Source: Hyphomicrobiales bacterium | GTDB taxonomy: Bacteria > Pseudomonadota > Alphaproteobacteria > Rhizobiales > Beijerinckiaceae | Direction of reading: 5' to 3' | Assembly (NCBI GenBank): GCA_019247795.1 | Contig: JAFBAK010000164.1 | Span: forward strand, 178-64,177 | DNA: 64,000 bases | Shown here: one piece after another, positions 29,159 through 43,407 of the stretch | Numbering within the stretch: the stretch's first letter is position 1 | Layout of the letters: every line of letters starts with the position of its first letter | Program-made: the position numbers and the translations under genes | Notes under the pieces: model-generated | The model's input: the letters and a program-made list of their open reading frames with translations, nothing else | What the model was told of the DNA's origin: nothing | Database searches by the model: none

Positions 29159-29328
29159 CGATCCATGTTCCCCATTCGGTCAGGAGACGCATTTAGCAAC
29201 GCGCCCGCGTCTCGCAAACACGTGCCCGATCTAAAAACGAATCACCTGGAGCATTTCGGAAGTTTAGCGAATTCGTAAAGACCCGCACACGGCAAGGCTC
29301 GGATTTTCGCCGAATTTCCCCCAGCTGC

Positions 29329-30741
29329 CTATTTGCCACTCGGCGTCTGGGTTCCCCACCACAAGTCGCGCACCTGCTGGTAGTGGACGCCCGGCTCGTA
29401 TCTTTGCGCGGCCGGAGACACGAATTCGAGCGTCAGGCGCCCGATACCTTCGAGAAGCTGATAGGAGTTCACGACCCGGTCGTGCTCGGCCGAGACGAGG
29501 GCGACGCGGGCATTGAGCAGATCTTGTTGCGCGTTGAGCACGTCGAGCGTGGTGCGCTGACCTACCTTGGCTTCCTCGCGAACGCCGTTCAGCGCCACTT
29601 CCGAAGAGGAGATTTGGGCCTGGGCCGCAAGGATCTGCGCCTTTGAGGCATCGAGATTGCCCCAGGCGGCAACCACGAGCTGGCGCACCTGATCGCGCAC
29701 CTGATCCGCAAGAAGGCGCTGCTGGCCGAGTGTCTCTTTCGCCTGCCGAATTTGAGCGTATTCGGCGCCTCCTTGATAGATCGGCACATTCAAGGTCGCG
29801 CCGACCTGGGCGCTGGTCAGCTGGTCATTGCTCACCCGCACATCCCACTGAGCCGAGACTGCGGCGTTCAGCGAAAGATTGGGGCCCAGCGCGGCTTCGG
29901 CGACCTTCACCGCGAGCTCCGCCGCGTCCACATTGTGAAAAGCGGACACGATCGCCGGGTTTTCCGCAAGCGCCGTGTGCACTGCGGTGTCGAGGGAAGA
30001 TGGAAGGAGGCGATCGATCGGCCGCCCTGGAGCAAGGGTCTTGGGCTCGACGCCGATGATTTGACGAAAAGTGGCGATGTCGGCCTTGAGGACCGCTTGT
30101 GCCGCGCTCACTTGCGACCGCGCACCTTCGAGCCGCGATTCGGCCTGCGCTACGTCGGTCCGGGTGACCTCACCGACATTGAAGCGATCGCGCGTCTGGC
30201 GAAGCTGCTCCTCGAGCACATCCACGTTGCTTCTTTGCAGATCGAGCGTCGCCGTGTCCCGCAATACGTCCATGTAGGTGCTGGCGCCGCTGAAGAGGAC
30301 CGTCTGCTCCGTGTTGCGCAGCGTCTCACGTGCCGCAAGCACAAGACTTTCCGCTTGGCGCACCGAGTTCGACGTCGCGCCGGAATCGAAGATCATCTGG
30401 GTGAGTTGGGTCTGCGCCGTGCGCGGCAGGATTTTTTGATCCTGGATGATCGTCCGCGGCTGGAGCACCGAGGTGCCGAATGACGAATTGGGTTGCCGGA
30501 AATTGAGCGCTTCCGCGCCGATCTCGCCTGACGCCGTGACCCGAGGCCGGTAGCCCGACTGGGCCTTCGACACACCCTCGTCCGTCGCGCGCACGCCGGC
30601 CCGCTGCGCGTTCAGCTGAGGATTGTTCTGATAGGCTTTGACGAGCGCGGTTTCGAGCGTTTCGGCTCGCGCGTGAGGATTCGACGCGACCAAGACGACC
30701 ATGGTGGCCAACGCGGTCGCCAAGCCTCGGAAAAGCTGCAT
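29329..30741 (-). CDS. tolC: TolC-family outer membrane channel
   Basis: ETLETALVKAYQNNPQL, RFNVGEVTRTDVAQA and GQRTTLDVLNAQQ motifs; start at the ATG at 30741. Confidence 0.92.
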   Translation of the reverse strand: MQLFRGLATALATMVVLVASNPHARAETLETALVKAYQNNPQLNAQRAGVRATDEGVSKAQSGYRPRVTASGEIGAEALNFRQPNSSFGTSVLQPRTIIQDQKILPRTAQTQLTQMIFDSGATSNSVRQAESLVLAARETLRNTEQTVLFSGASTYMDVLRDTATLDLQRSNVDVLEEQLRQTRDRFNVGEVTRTDVAQAESRLEGARSQVSAAQAVLKADIATFRQIIGVEPKTLAPGRPIDRLLPSSLDTAVHTALAENPAIVSAFHNVDAAELAVKVAEAALGPNLSLNAAVSAQWDVRVSNDQLTSAQVGATLNVPIYQGGAEYAQIRQAKETLGQQRLLADQVRDQVRQLVVAAWGNLDASKAQILAAQAQISSSEVALNGVREEAKVGQRTTLDVLNAQQDLLNARVALVSAEHDRVVNSYQLLEGIGRLTLEFVSPAAQRYEPGVHYQQVRDLWWGTQTPSGK

Positions 30742-31123
30742 TTCGACCTCGAATCGCGAGCGCATCCGGCGCCACCCGGCGTCTCTTCCCCTTCCAGGAG
30801 CCATCTAGCAACAGTCCGGATGCCGAACCAAGCTAGAATGGGGCATGAGGCGCCGAAAATAGCAAACTGGCGCGAAAATGACACACTCCCGCCGCCCTTG
30901 CGGTCGAGGCTTATCCATCTCGTGGAGGGGATAATAAAAATCGCCAAAATCAAACCTTTATCAAAAAACCTAGAGGAAGAGGATCAGCAACACGAGCTTA
31001 GTTCCCTCAAAAAAATGAATAAGACGCCGCGTTGGGAGTAATTTCGTAGATCTGATTTTCTGCTTCGAAACCCCTCGAAAGGGTTATGTTCGGACGGTGT
31101 TGCGCACTGATTCGAATGCCCAT

Positions 31124-31152
31124 TTGACACTCTCGCCCGTGCGGCCCTAATC
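31124..31152 (+). promoter_or_regulatory. Candidate promoter for hspQ
   Basis: TTGACA-N17-CTAATC, 25 nt before the ATG; sigma70 or RpoH assignment is uncertain. Confidence 0.35.
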
Positions 31153-31176
31153 CACCGGCGAAATCGGAGCCTGCGC

Positions 31177-31506
31177 ATGAAATTCCGAACGGCAAAATTT
31201 GCGATCGGACAGGTAGTGAAACATCGCGTCTACCCGTTCCGGGGCGTCATTTTCGATGTCGACCCGATCTTCAGCAACACCGAGGAATGGTATGCGTCGA
31301 TTCCCGAGGACGTGAGGCCGGCCAAGGATCAGCCCTTCTACCACCTCCTCGCCGAAAATTCGGAAGTCGAATACATCGCGTATGTATCGGAACAGAACCT
31401 TGTCCCCGACACGTCGTCAGATCCGCTTCGGCATCCGCAGTTGCAAGAAATTTTCAAGCGCGGGCGCGATGGGGCCTATCGAATCAAGGCCGCATCCCTC
31501 AACTGA
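31177..31506 (+). CDS. hspQ: Heat-shock protein HspQ (YccV-like)
   Basis: AKFAIGQVVKHR, RGVIFDVDP, PAKDQPFYHLLAEN and AYVSEQNL motifs. Confidence 0.93.
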   Translation: MKFRTAKFAIGQVVKHRVYPFRGVIFDVDPIFSNTEEWYASIPEDVRPAKDQPFYHLLAENSEVEYIAYVSEQNLVPDTSSDPLRHPQLQEIFKRGRDGAYRIKAASLN

Positions 31507-31604
31507 GCAGATGAGCCTCCGTTGTGTGTGGAGGGCCATCAGCCCTTGAAAGGCGCTGAAGTTTAGGGTTCAGGCAATCTCGTCCAGCGCTTCACCCGAG
31601 GATC

Positions 31605-31633
31605 AGCCATCCTGTCGAAGAAACAGGATGGCT
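31605..31633. terminator. Stem-loop between convergent hspQ and IalB genes
   Basis: AGCCATCCTGT-N7-ACAGGATGGCT perfect 11-bp stem. Confidence 0.6.
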
Positions 31634-31640
31634 CGCATAT

Positions 31641-32450
31641 TCATTGCTTGGGTGTCGCAGTTGCCGGGGTGGCTTGATCGGGAGTGGCCGCTGCCGAACC
31701 CCCTTGCAGCTTCGATCGCAACTCGTCGCTTCGTTTTTGAAGTTCCTCTTGCAGCTTCTTCTGCTGCTCCTCCAGCACCTTCGGATCGAGCGGCGCTCCG
31801 TCATAGGCTTTGCCGAACCCGGCAAGCGGCACCTGGAAGGTGATCTCGTTTCCGACCTGGTTCTTGAACTTCACGTTGAGTGTCGTCCCCTTCTTCATGC
31901 TATTGATGAAGGTCTCGTTCGTCTGCCCTTCCGCGAAACAGCCATTGGGGAGGCAGATCGCGAATTTGCCGTCGGCCGACGGCCCTTGATCGATGTTGAA
32001 CTTGATGCCGGGGCTGAGAAGCAGACCCAGCGGAAGGATGAAGCGCGAGATTTTTTCGGGCTTGCCCGTCACATCGTACATGGCGACGGCGAGCACGGGC
32101 TGACCCTGATCGGAAACGAAGTCACGCGTGGTGTAACAGATCTGCTGGTTGCTCGAAGGATCGTTGCCGCAAACCTTCACCCAGTCGGGTTGGGAAGGTT
32201 CCGGCTTGAGCTGCACCAAACCATTATCGGGGGCCGTTGCACCAGTCGCCGCGGTGCCCGGCACGCCTGGTTGGCCGGGCGTGGCGGGTTGAACCTGCGC
32301 GGGTGCGGCGGGAGCCGGGGCCGCGGGATGGGTGGCGGGCTTGGGCGGCGCCTTGGGTTGGGCGCACACCGGGCCTGCAAGCGTCGTGACCGCGATCGCC
32401 GCGGCCGTGAGCGCGCCCCATCGCCAATGGCTGGAAAAGAAAAACGACAT
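31641..32450 (-). CDS. Invasion-associated locus B (IalB) family protein
   Basis: Signal peptide, Pro/Ala linker, WVKVC...QICYT, LPLGLLLSPG, AICLPNGCFAE and PLAGFGKAYDG motifs. Confidence 0.88.
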   Translation of the reverse strand: MSFFFSSHWRWGALTAAAIAVTTLAGPVCAQPKAPPKPATHPAAPAPAAPAQVQPATPGQPGVPGTAATGATAPDNGLVQLKPEPSQPDWVKVCGNDPSSNQQICYTTRDFVSDQGQPVLAVAMYDVTGKPEKISRFILPLGLLLSPGIKFNIDQGPSADGKFAICLPNGCFAEGQTNETFINSMKKGTTLNVKFKNQVGNEITFQVPLAGFGKAYDGAPLDPKVLEEQQKKLQEELQKRSDELRSKLQGGSAAATPDQATPATATPKQ

Positions 32451-32736
32451 GTGAACCTCTCTGGCGGCGCGCCCGCTTCGTGCGGACACAACACCACCCG
32501 ATTGATGGGAAACCCTTGCGTGGATGAACCTACGCTGCCGCCCGCATCGACTTTGAATGCGGCGGTAGCATGACGCCGAGACGGATTATCGCCTTCGTTG
32601 CACATTTTCCAGCCCCAGAATTCTGGCATCGGCCAGGCAAGCGGGATGCTCTTTGGTCATAGCGTTTCGGACATGAAATTTTCGAATCGTCGTGATACTG
32701 CCTCGCGTCCTTGGGTCAGCGCCTATCGCGCTCCAA

Positions 32737-32790
32737 CCCAAGCGATGTCCGACCCAAGCGATGTCGACCCAAGCGATGTCCGACCCGAGC
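32737..32790 (+). repeat. Tandem repeat, 3 copies of CCCAAGCGATGTC(C)GA (16/15/16 nt) plus a partial copy
   Basis: Read directly at 32737-32752, 32753-32767 and 32768-32783. Confidence 0.85.
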
Positions 32791-32846
32791 AAGGACGCGA
32801 GCTGGGAACCCGCATGAGCGCGTTCCTTCCACTGCGCGTTGCCGCC

Positions 32847-34659
32847 ATGGACCGGCGTGTCTTTGCGCTTGGCGCGGGCGCCGGCATTGCTGCCTTGCTT
32901 TCCCGAAAAGGGATTAAGGCTTTCGCCGATGTTTCGGCATCGGGACACGCGGTTGCCATGCATGGTGAGCCGGCCCTCGCCGAAGGCTTTGCTCATTTTC
33001 CCTACGCCGACCCCGCGGCGCGACGCGGCGGGAGGCTCGTCCTCGGTGTGCAAGGCACGTTCGATAGCCTGAACCCGCTGATCGTCAGCGGCAATGCTTC
33101 GGACGCGGTGCCGCGCTTCGTTCTCCAGAGTTTGATGCTCCGGTCGCATGATGAGCCTTTCAGCCTGTATGGGCTGCTCGCCCGACGCATCGAGCTCAGC
33201 GCCAAACGCGATCTCGTGACATTCGAGCTTTCGCCGAAAGCTTGCTTTGCCGACGCGGTGCCCGTCACCGCCGAAGACGTTGCGTTCAGCTTCGAGCTGT
33301 TGAAAACCAAGGGGCGTCCCCTCTTCCGTGCCGTTGCGTCGCAGGTGCGCAGCGTGAAGGTCATCGGCACGCGCACCGTGTCCTTCGATTTGAGTGGCTC
33401 GCTCAATCGCGAGGCACCGCTCAGCCTCGCGCTCCTTCCCGTTTTGCCGCGCCACGCCACGGATGCGGCGGACTTTTCGACCACGACCCTCAAGCCGCAG
33501 CTCGGCTCCGGCCCCTATATCGTCGCCGAGGTGCAACCGGGAACGAGCATTGTCCTTCGCCGGAACCCGAATTTTTGGGCCAAGGATCTTCCGGCGCTAA
33601 CCGGCTTCTACAATGTCGACGAGATCCGCTACGAATTCTATCGGGACGCGAACACCCTTTTCGAGGCCTTCAGGACAGGCCTGGTCGACCTGCGCTTCGA
33701 GGACGAGCCGGCCCGCTGGATTCAGAGTTACAACTTTCCGTCCGTGAAGGCGGGCAGGATCGTCAAGGAAACCATTCCGATTCGCCTGCCCGCCGGCATG
33801 AACGGCTTCGTCTTCAATACGCGTCGCGAGATTTTTGCGGACAAGCGCGTGAGGCAGGCCCTGGCCCTGCTCTTCGATTTCGAATGGGTGAACGCCAATT
33901 TGTTCTTTGGAGCGTACCGAAGAACGGCAGGCTTCTTCGACGGTTCTGACCTTTCTTCCATCGGACGACATGCATCTGCGGGAGAGATGGCCCTCCTCTC
34001 GCCCTATCGCGACATCATCTCTCCCGATGTGCTCGACGGAAGTTGGCGACCGGCGATGAGCGACGGGTCGGGGCGAGATCGCGCGCTCGACCAGAAAGCC
34101 CTTGCGTTGCTCGAGGCCGCGGGCTTTGCAGCCACTTCGGGCAAGCTGCAATCCATGCGGGAAGGAAAGCCGCTCGATTTCGAGATCATGGCGACCTCGC
34201 AATACCAGGAGCGGCTCGCCCTGAACTATGCCTCCTCGCTGGCCCGGATCGGTGTCACGGCCCGAGTGAGGCGCGTCGACGAGGTGCAATTCTGGCGACG
34301 CATGCAACGCTTCGAATTCGACATGGTCCAGTTCAACTGGGCGGGCAGTCCCTCGCCGGGCAACGAGCTGCCCAATCGCTGGTCCTCGGCGGCGGCTGAT
34401 CGCGAGGGCTCCCTCAACTATGCCGCCGTGCGATCGAAAGCCGTCGATGCTTGCGTCGAAGCCGTGCTTATTGCGAGATCCTACGACGACTTCGCCGATG
34501 CCGTGCGCGCGCTCGACCGCGCCCTCATCGCGGGGTGTTACGTCGTGCCGCTTTATCATGCCTCGGAAGCTTGGCTCGCTCGCTCGTTGAGCCTTCTGCA
34601 TCCCCGACTACGTGCCACTCTTCGGCCTATCCCTCGAAACGTTGTGGCGAGGCGCGTAA
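32847..34659 (+). CDS. Family-5 extracellular solute-binding protein (YejA-like) with an apparent +1 frameshift near the 3' end
   Basis: Tat-like MDRRVFAL; HAVAMHGEP, FDSLNP, LGSGPY and NLFFGAYRRT motifs. The homolog-like C-terminus (DYVPLFGLSLETLWRGA-TAA 34659) is in the +1 frame after CATCCCC (34599-34605). Confidence 0.85.
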
Positions 34660-34673
34660 CCCCAGACGCCCGT

Positions 34674-38259
<3,586 letters not shown>

Positions 38260-38267
<8 letters not shown>

Positions 38268-38538
38268 GGAGCGGACGGGCGTGATCGTAAAAGCTCTTCA
38301 ATTGACGGAACAGGGAGGTATCGTGATCCTTCGGCACGGGCGCCTGCCCGGTGAGCCAGGTGAAGACCTCCTGATCGGGGAGCTCCAAAAGCTCTTCGAA
38401 AAGGCCAAGCTCACGCTCGTCGAGGCCTTGAAGGCGCGCATCCGCGAAGCCTCCCATCAGCAAGTCCATCTCGCGAATGCCGCGGTGCCACGCGCGAAAA
38501 CGCAGGCGCCGCCGGCGAATCTCCGTTTCGGAATGCAT
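38260..38538 (-). CDS. sdhE: Succinate dehydrogenase assembly factor 2 (SdhE/Sdh5)
   Basis: RRRRLRFRAWHRGIREMDLLMG (RGxxE motif); overlaps the mfd start. Confidence 0.9.
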
Positions 38539-38678
38539 GAATCTCGCGCCTTTGGTGTTCAGGTCAGCGGTCTGCCCCGCCGCGCCACCCACCCTTATAT
38601 AGCGAAGCTCGCGCAACGCGTCATGGGGAGAGAATGTGACATGCTTCCACGAACGACGCTCGCACTGATTTTTCCGGG

Positions 38679-40784
38679 ATGAGGCCTTCCCTTCTCGATC
38701 CTGTCTTTGCCCCTGCGTCGGCGCTCCCCGGCGTCGGCGACAAGGTGTCGGCTCTCTTGAAGAGACTTCTTGTCGATAGTTCGGACGAAAAACCCCGCGT
38801 CCTCGATCTTCTCTTTCATCTGCCTAGCTTCGCTGTCGATCGCCGTGCGAGGCCGAAACTCGCACAAGCGCGGATCGGCGAGATTGCGACGGTCGAGGTC
38901 GTGGTCTCGGCGCATCGTCCCGCTCCCCCGCATCGACCACGCGCACCGCACAAGATGCTGTGCGAAGACGAGACGGGCGATGTAACCCTCGTCTTCTTTC
39001 ACGGTGTCGGGAAAACGATGAAGGAGCGCTTCCCCCTCGGTACGCGGATCATCGTCTCCGGCATGCTCGAGCACTATGACGGCATGCGCCAGATCGTTCA
39101 TCCGGATCATATCGCGCCTGCCGATCGGCCCGATGCGGTGCCGAACGTGGAGCCTGTCTACCGCCTCACGGAGGGATTGCATTTAGGCCTTTTGCGACGG
39201 CTCATCGGTCACGCGGTGAAACGCGTGCCGGAGCTCGCGGAGTGGCAGGATGCGGCGTTTCTCAAGCGCGCCGGCTTCCCGCCTTTGGATGAAGCCTTGC
39301 GCCTCTTGCACCATCCGCGTGAGCCCGCCGATGTCGAAATGTCGTCCTCTGCGCGACGACGCCTCGCATATGATGAGCTTCTGGCGTCCCAGCTCGCGCT
39401 CGCGCTCGTGCGCGCGTATCTGCGCCGCGCCCCCGGCCGCTCCACGCATGGCAACCGGCGCCTCACCGGGGCGATCCTCGACCAGCTGACATTTCGGCCG
39501 ACATCGTCGCAGACCCGCGCCCTCGCCGAGATCACGGCCGACATGGCGGCGCCGCGTCGCATGCTTCGGCTTTTGCAAGGCGATGTCGGTTCGGGAAAAA
39601 CACTCGTTGCGCTCTTGGCCATGGCGACCGCGGTGGAAGCGGGACGGCAGGCAGCGCTCATGGCGCCGACCGAGATCCTGGCGCGTCAGCATGAGGAGCG
39701 CCTGCACGAATTCACACAAGGCTCAGGGCTTCGCATCGCGACCCTCACGGGGCGCGACGCGGCGGGTTCGAGATCCCGCCTGCTGCGCTCGCTTGCCGCC
39801 GGCGAGATCGATATTCTTATCGGCACGCATGCGGTTTTCCAGCAATCGGTCGTATTCGCCGACCTCGCTCTCGCGGTGGTCGATGAGCAACATCGCTTCG
39901 GCGTCCACCAGCGCCTGTCGCTTCAGGCCAAAGGCGCGGGCGTCGACGTTCTTGTGATGACCGCAACGCCCATCCCGCGCAGTCTACTGCTCGCAGGTTA
40001 CGGGGACATGGATGTCTCCGCGCTCACCGAGAAGCCGGCCGGGCGTCAGCCCATCGATACGCGAACCGTCCCATTGGAGCGCATGGGCGACGTGACGGAC
40101 GGCCTGCGACGCGCGCTCTCCTCAGGGGCGCAAGCCTATTGGGTGTGTCCACTTGTGGAAACGACCGAAGCGCTCGATCTTGCCGCGGCCGAGGAACGCT
40201 TTGCGGGATTGAAGAGTGCATTCGGAGACCAGGTCGGCCTTATTCATGGGCGCATGGCTCCGAAGGAAAGAGATGCCGCCATGAGCCGCTTCGTCAAAGG
40301 CGAAACGAAGCTCCTCGTCGCGACGACCGTGATCGAGGTGGGCGTCGATGTCCGCAATGCCACGATCATGGTGATCGAGCATGCGGAACGCTTCGGCCTT
40401 GCCCAGCTTCACCAGCTGCGCGGACGCATCGGGCGCGGTGCCGAGCGATCGAGCTGCATCCTGCTTTACAAGGCCCCAGTTTCGGAAACCGCTAAGGCGC
40501 GTCTCACCATCATGCGAGAGACGCAAGACGGATTCCGCATTGCCGAAGAGGATCTGCGGCTTCGCGGACCGGGCGAGGTGCTAGGCACGCGCCAATCCGG
40601 CATGGCGCAATTTCGTATCGCGGATGCGGCGGTCGACGCCGATCTTCTCGAGGCGGCACGACGCGACGCAAAGCTCATTCTGGGGACGGACCCGAAGCTC
40701 GAGAGCCCGCGCGGGGAGGCGCTGCGCACGCTTCTCTATCTCTTCGAACGTGACGCGGCAGTGCGGCTCATTCGGTCTGGATGA
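38679..40784 (+). CDS. recG: ATP-dependent DNA helicase RecG
   Basis: QGDVGSGKT, DEQHRFG, MTATPIPR, QLRGRIGRG and DLRLRGPGE motifs. Confidence 0.98.
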   Translation: MRPSLLDPVFAPASALPGVGDKVSALLKRLLVDSSDEKPRVLDLLFHLPSFAVDRRARPKLAQARIGEIATVEVVVSAHRPAPPHRPRAPHKMLCEDETGDVTLVFFHGVGKTMKERFPLGTRIIVSGMLEHYDGMRQIVHPDHIAPADRPDAVPNVEPVYRLTEGLHLGLLRRLIGHAVKRVPELAEWQDAAFLKRAGFPPLDEALRLLHHPREPADVEMSSSARRRLAYDELLASQLALALVRAYLRRAPGRSTHGNRRLTGAILDQLTFRPTSSQTRALAEITADMAAPRRMLRLLQGDVGSGKTLVALLAMATAVEAGRQAALMAPTEILARQHEERLHEFTQGSGLRIATLTGRDAAGSRSRLLRSLAAGEIDILIGTHAVFQQSVVFADLALAVVDEQHRFGVHQRLSLQAKGAGVDVLVMTATPIPRSLLLAGYGDMDVSALTEKPAGRQPIDTRTVPLERMGDVTDGLRRALSSGAQAYWVCPLVETTEALDLAAAEERFAGLKSAFGDQVGLIHGRMAPKERDAAMSRFVKGETKLLVATTVIEVGVDVRNATIMVIEHAERFGLAQLHQLRGRIGRGAERSSCILLYKAPVSETAKARLTIMRETQDGFRIAEEDLRLRGPGEVLGTRQSGMAQFRIADAAVDADLLEAARRDAKLILGTDPKLESPRGEALRTLLYLFERDAAVRLIRSG

Positions 40785-40811
40785 CGGCGCCATAAAGAAT
40801 GATGGCGATGC

Positions 40812-42164
40812 TCAGGCCCGTGCCAGGGCTTTCGGCCTCGCAGGTTCCTGCCTGTCACAGGCCTTTTCGCCCATCACATAGGTGGCCGCGACATTGCGAT
40901 CCGACCCCATCGTCATCAGGACGAAAAGCTCCTCGTCGAGCGTGCGCACCGCCTCCATCCGGTGACACATGGCGGGGGTCGCTCTCGCGTCGAGTACGAC
41001 CGCATCGCACGCACGCCCGGGCTCGAACGAGCCGATCACGTCTTCAAGGCCCAAAGCCTCCGCATTGCCGCGGGTGATCGCGTGAAAGGCGTGCATGGCG
41101 GGCAGATTCTGCCCCTGCAGCTGCAGCACCTTATAGGCCTCCGCCGCGGTGCGCAGCATGGAGTAGCTCGTGCCGCCGCCGACATCGGTCGCAACGCCGA
41201 TCCGGAGGCCGGCTTCTCGCGTGGCGCGCCAATCGAAAAGTCCCGATCCGATGAAGAGGTTGGAGGTCGGACAAAAAACGGCGACGCTACGCGCCTGCGC
41301 GAGCACGGCGCGCTCGCGCGCACTCAGGTGGATGCAGTGCCCTAGCAAGGTTTTCGCGCCGAGCAGGCCGTAACGAGCGTAAACGTCCGTGTAGTCTCGT
41401 GACCACGGAAAGAGCTCGCGCACGAGGGCGACCTCGCCCAGGTTCTCGGAAAGATGCGTCTCGATGTGGCAATCCTCGTGCTCGCGCGCGAGCGCGCCTG
41501 CGGCCTCGAGCTGGCCCTCCGTCGAGGTGATCGCGAAGCGCGGCGCGATGGCGTAACGCTGGCGTCCGCGCTTGTGCCATTTCTCGATCAGCGCCTTGCT
41601 TTCGGTGTAGGCGCGCTCGGGCGTGTCGCGCAAAGCCTCAGGCGCGTTGCGGTCCATGAGCACCTTGCCGGCGAGCATTAGCGTGTTGCGGCGCTCCGAC
41701 TCCGCAAAGAAGGCCTCGGCTGACTGCGCATGCACCGAGCAAAAGGCGACGGCCGTCGTCGTGCCGTTGCGCAAGAGCTCGTCGAAGAAGAAACGGGCAT
41801 TGATGACGCAATGGGCGGGATCGGAATATTTCTGTTCCTCGACGAACGTGTATTTCTGCAGCCATTCGAGAAGCTGCGCGCCGAAACTCGCAATGACCTG
41901 AGTCTGCGGGAAATGGATATGCGGGTCGACGAAGCCCGGCACGATGAGATGCGGGCGGTGATCCTCGACCGGTGCGCCGGGCGCAAGGTCGGCGAGCAGC
42001 CGGTTTGCCTCGCCTGCCCGCTGAACGACACCGCCTTCAACGAGGAGCGCGCCATCCTCGAAATAATGGGCCGCGCGCTCACCGGCCGTTTGCGGATCTT
42101 CGGTGAACCAGAGCAGGCGGCCCCGCAGGATCTTGCGCGCGCGGGAAGCCTTTCCTGCGCTCAC
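40812..42164 (-). CDS. guaD: Guanine deaminase
   Basis: PGFVDPHIHFPQ, LRNGTTT, PRFAITST, THLSEN, FCPTSNLFIGSG and TDVGGGTS motifs. Confidence 0.93.
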   Translation of the reverse strand: MSAGKASRARKILRGRLLWFTEDPQTAGERAAHYFEDGALLVEGGVVQRAGEANRLLADLAPGAPVEDHRPHLIVPGFVDPHIHFPQTQVIASFGAQLLEWLQKYTFVEEQKYSDPAHCVINARFFFDELLRNGTTTAVAFCSVHAQSAEAFFAESERRNTLMLAGKVLMDRNAPEALRDTPERAYTESKALIEKWHKRGRQRYAIAPRFAITSTEGQLEAAGALAREHEDCHIETHLSENLGEVALVRELFPWSRDYTDVYARYGLLGAKTLLGHCIHLSARERAVLAQARSVAVFCPTSNLFIGSGLFDWRATREAGLRIGVATDVGGGTSYSMLRTAAEAYKVLQLQGQNLPAMHAFHAITRGNAEALGLEDVIGSFEPGRACDAVVLDARATPAMCHRMEAVRTLDEELFVLMTMGSDRNVAATYVMGEKACDRQEPARPKALARA

Positions 42165-42766
42165 GCGGAGGCCAGGAGCCGCTTCAGCTTGGCGACGGCC
42201 GCTTCCTGCTTCTCGTCGTAAGTGAGCGTGCCCGCGAACTTGCCGTCGCGATCCATGAGATAGATCACCGCCGAGTGATCCATCGTGTAGTCGCCGTCCT
42301 TCGTCGGGTGCTTGGCGTAGTACACCCGGTATTCCCGCGCGACATTGGCGATCTCATCTTGTGTGCCTGTCAGGCCGATGATCCGGTCGCTGAAGGAAGA
42401 CAAGTAATCCTTCAGCGACGCGACGTTATCGCGCTCGGGATCGATGCTGATGAAGAGCGCCTTGATCCCCTTCCCTTCCGGGCCGAGCGCGTCGAGCCAA
42501 GTCGAAACATCCGAGACCGTCGCCGGGCAAACATCCGGACAATGCGTGTACCCGAAGAAGACAAGGAAGGGCTCCCCCTTGAGATCATCGCTCGACAGCT
42601 CGCCCCCCGTCGAGGAGGCGAGCTTGAATGGGCCACCGATGCCGCTCGCCTGGAAGGCGCCGACGCTGTTCGTGCCCTGCGTCAGCTCAAGGCCCACAAC
42701 GGCCAACAATGCGACGAGGGGAAGCGCGCACGCCGCCCACAGAGCGATCCTGACATTCTTCAGCAT
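42161..42766 (-). CDS. SCO1/SenC family copper chaperone
   Basis: N-terminal TM; FFGYTHCPDVCP (CxxxC), SIDPERD and YTMDHS motifs. Confidence 0.94.
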   Translation of the reverse strand: MLKNVRIALWAACALPLVALLAVVGLELTQGTNSVGAFQASGIGGPFKLASSTGGELSSDDLKGEPFLVFFGYTHCPDVCPATVSDVSTWLDALGPEGKGIKALFISIDPERDNVASLKDYLSSFSDRIIGLTGTQDEIANVAREYRVYYAKHPTKDGDYTMDHSAVIYLMDRDGKFAGTLTYDEKQEAAVAKLKRLLASA

Positions 42767-42775
42767 GACCCAGTC

Positions 42776-43357
42776 CTACATCTTGTGCTCGGGCATCGTG
42801 CCCTCATTGGCCGGTCCCTTGGCCGCGATGCCGGCCGCCGGAAGCTCGATCTCGACCTTTCCGGCCTTCTCGAAGACCATCGTCACGCTCACCTTGTCGC
42901 CTTCGTTCACACCCTGCCGCAAGCGTGAGAACATCAGATGATAGCCGTTCGGCTTGAGCTCCACCATGCCGCCGGGCTCGATTTCGAGCGGCTTCTCGAG
43001 CGGCCGCATCTTCATCACCTCGCCCGAAACGCTCATTTCGTGCACTTCGACCGTCGTTGCAATATCGCTTTCGACCCTCAAGAGCCGGTCAGGCTCTTTT
43101 CCCGTATTCGTGATCGTCATGTAACCGCTCGCGACGGTCGCTCCCTTTGGCGTCGCGCGCATCCATGGCGCAGTGATCCGAAGTTGCCCGACGCTGTATT
43201 CGGCGCTCGGCGCAGCGGTCGCGGCGATCGACTCGATCAATGCCGAGGGGGCGGCCACCGCAGGCGACAGAACGAAGAAGAAAAGCAGCGCGACACTCGC
43301 TGTCACTAAGGCGTTTGCGAACGCGCTCATCATCGAGAGATGTGACCTCATCATCAT
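42776..43357 (-). CDS. Periplasmic Cu(I) chaperone PCuAC family
   Basis: APWMRAT, VHEM-x6-MKM...LKPNGYHLM metal motif; exact start uncertain (43357-43330). Confidence 0.9.
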   Translation of the reverse strand: MMMRSHLSMMSAFANALVTASVALLFFFVLSPAVAAPSALIESIAATAAPSAEYSVGQLRITAPWMRATPKGATVASGYMTITNTGKEPDRLLRVESDIATTVEVHEMSVSGEVMKMRPLEKPLEIEPGGMVELKPNGYHLMFSRLRQGVNEGDKVSVTMVFEKAGKVEIELPAAGIAAKGPANEGTMPEHKM

Positions 43358-43407
43358 GTCCTCGTCGAGTTTGCCCGCGCGCCGAAGCGATCGCGGAACG
43401 AGAAAAC

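Noticed and set aside
32737-32790. CRISPR array (also considered for 15584-15625 and 63218-63266)
   Set aside because: The repeats are directly adjacent or only two copies, with no unique spacers of regular length and no cas genes.
38649-38663. GAAC-N7-GCAC upstream of recG as an SOS box
   Set aside because: Mismatch in the second half-site; such near-matches are frequent by chance in GC-rich DNA.
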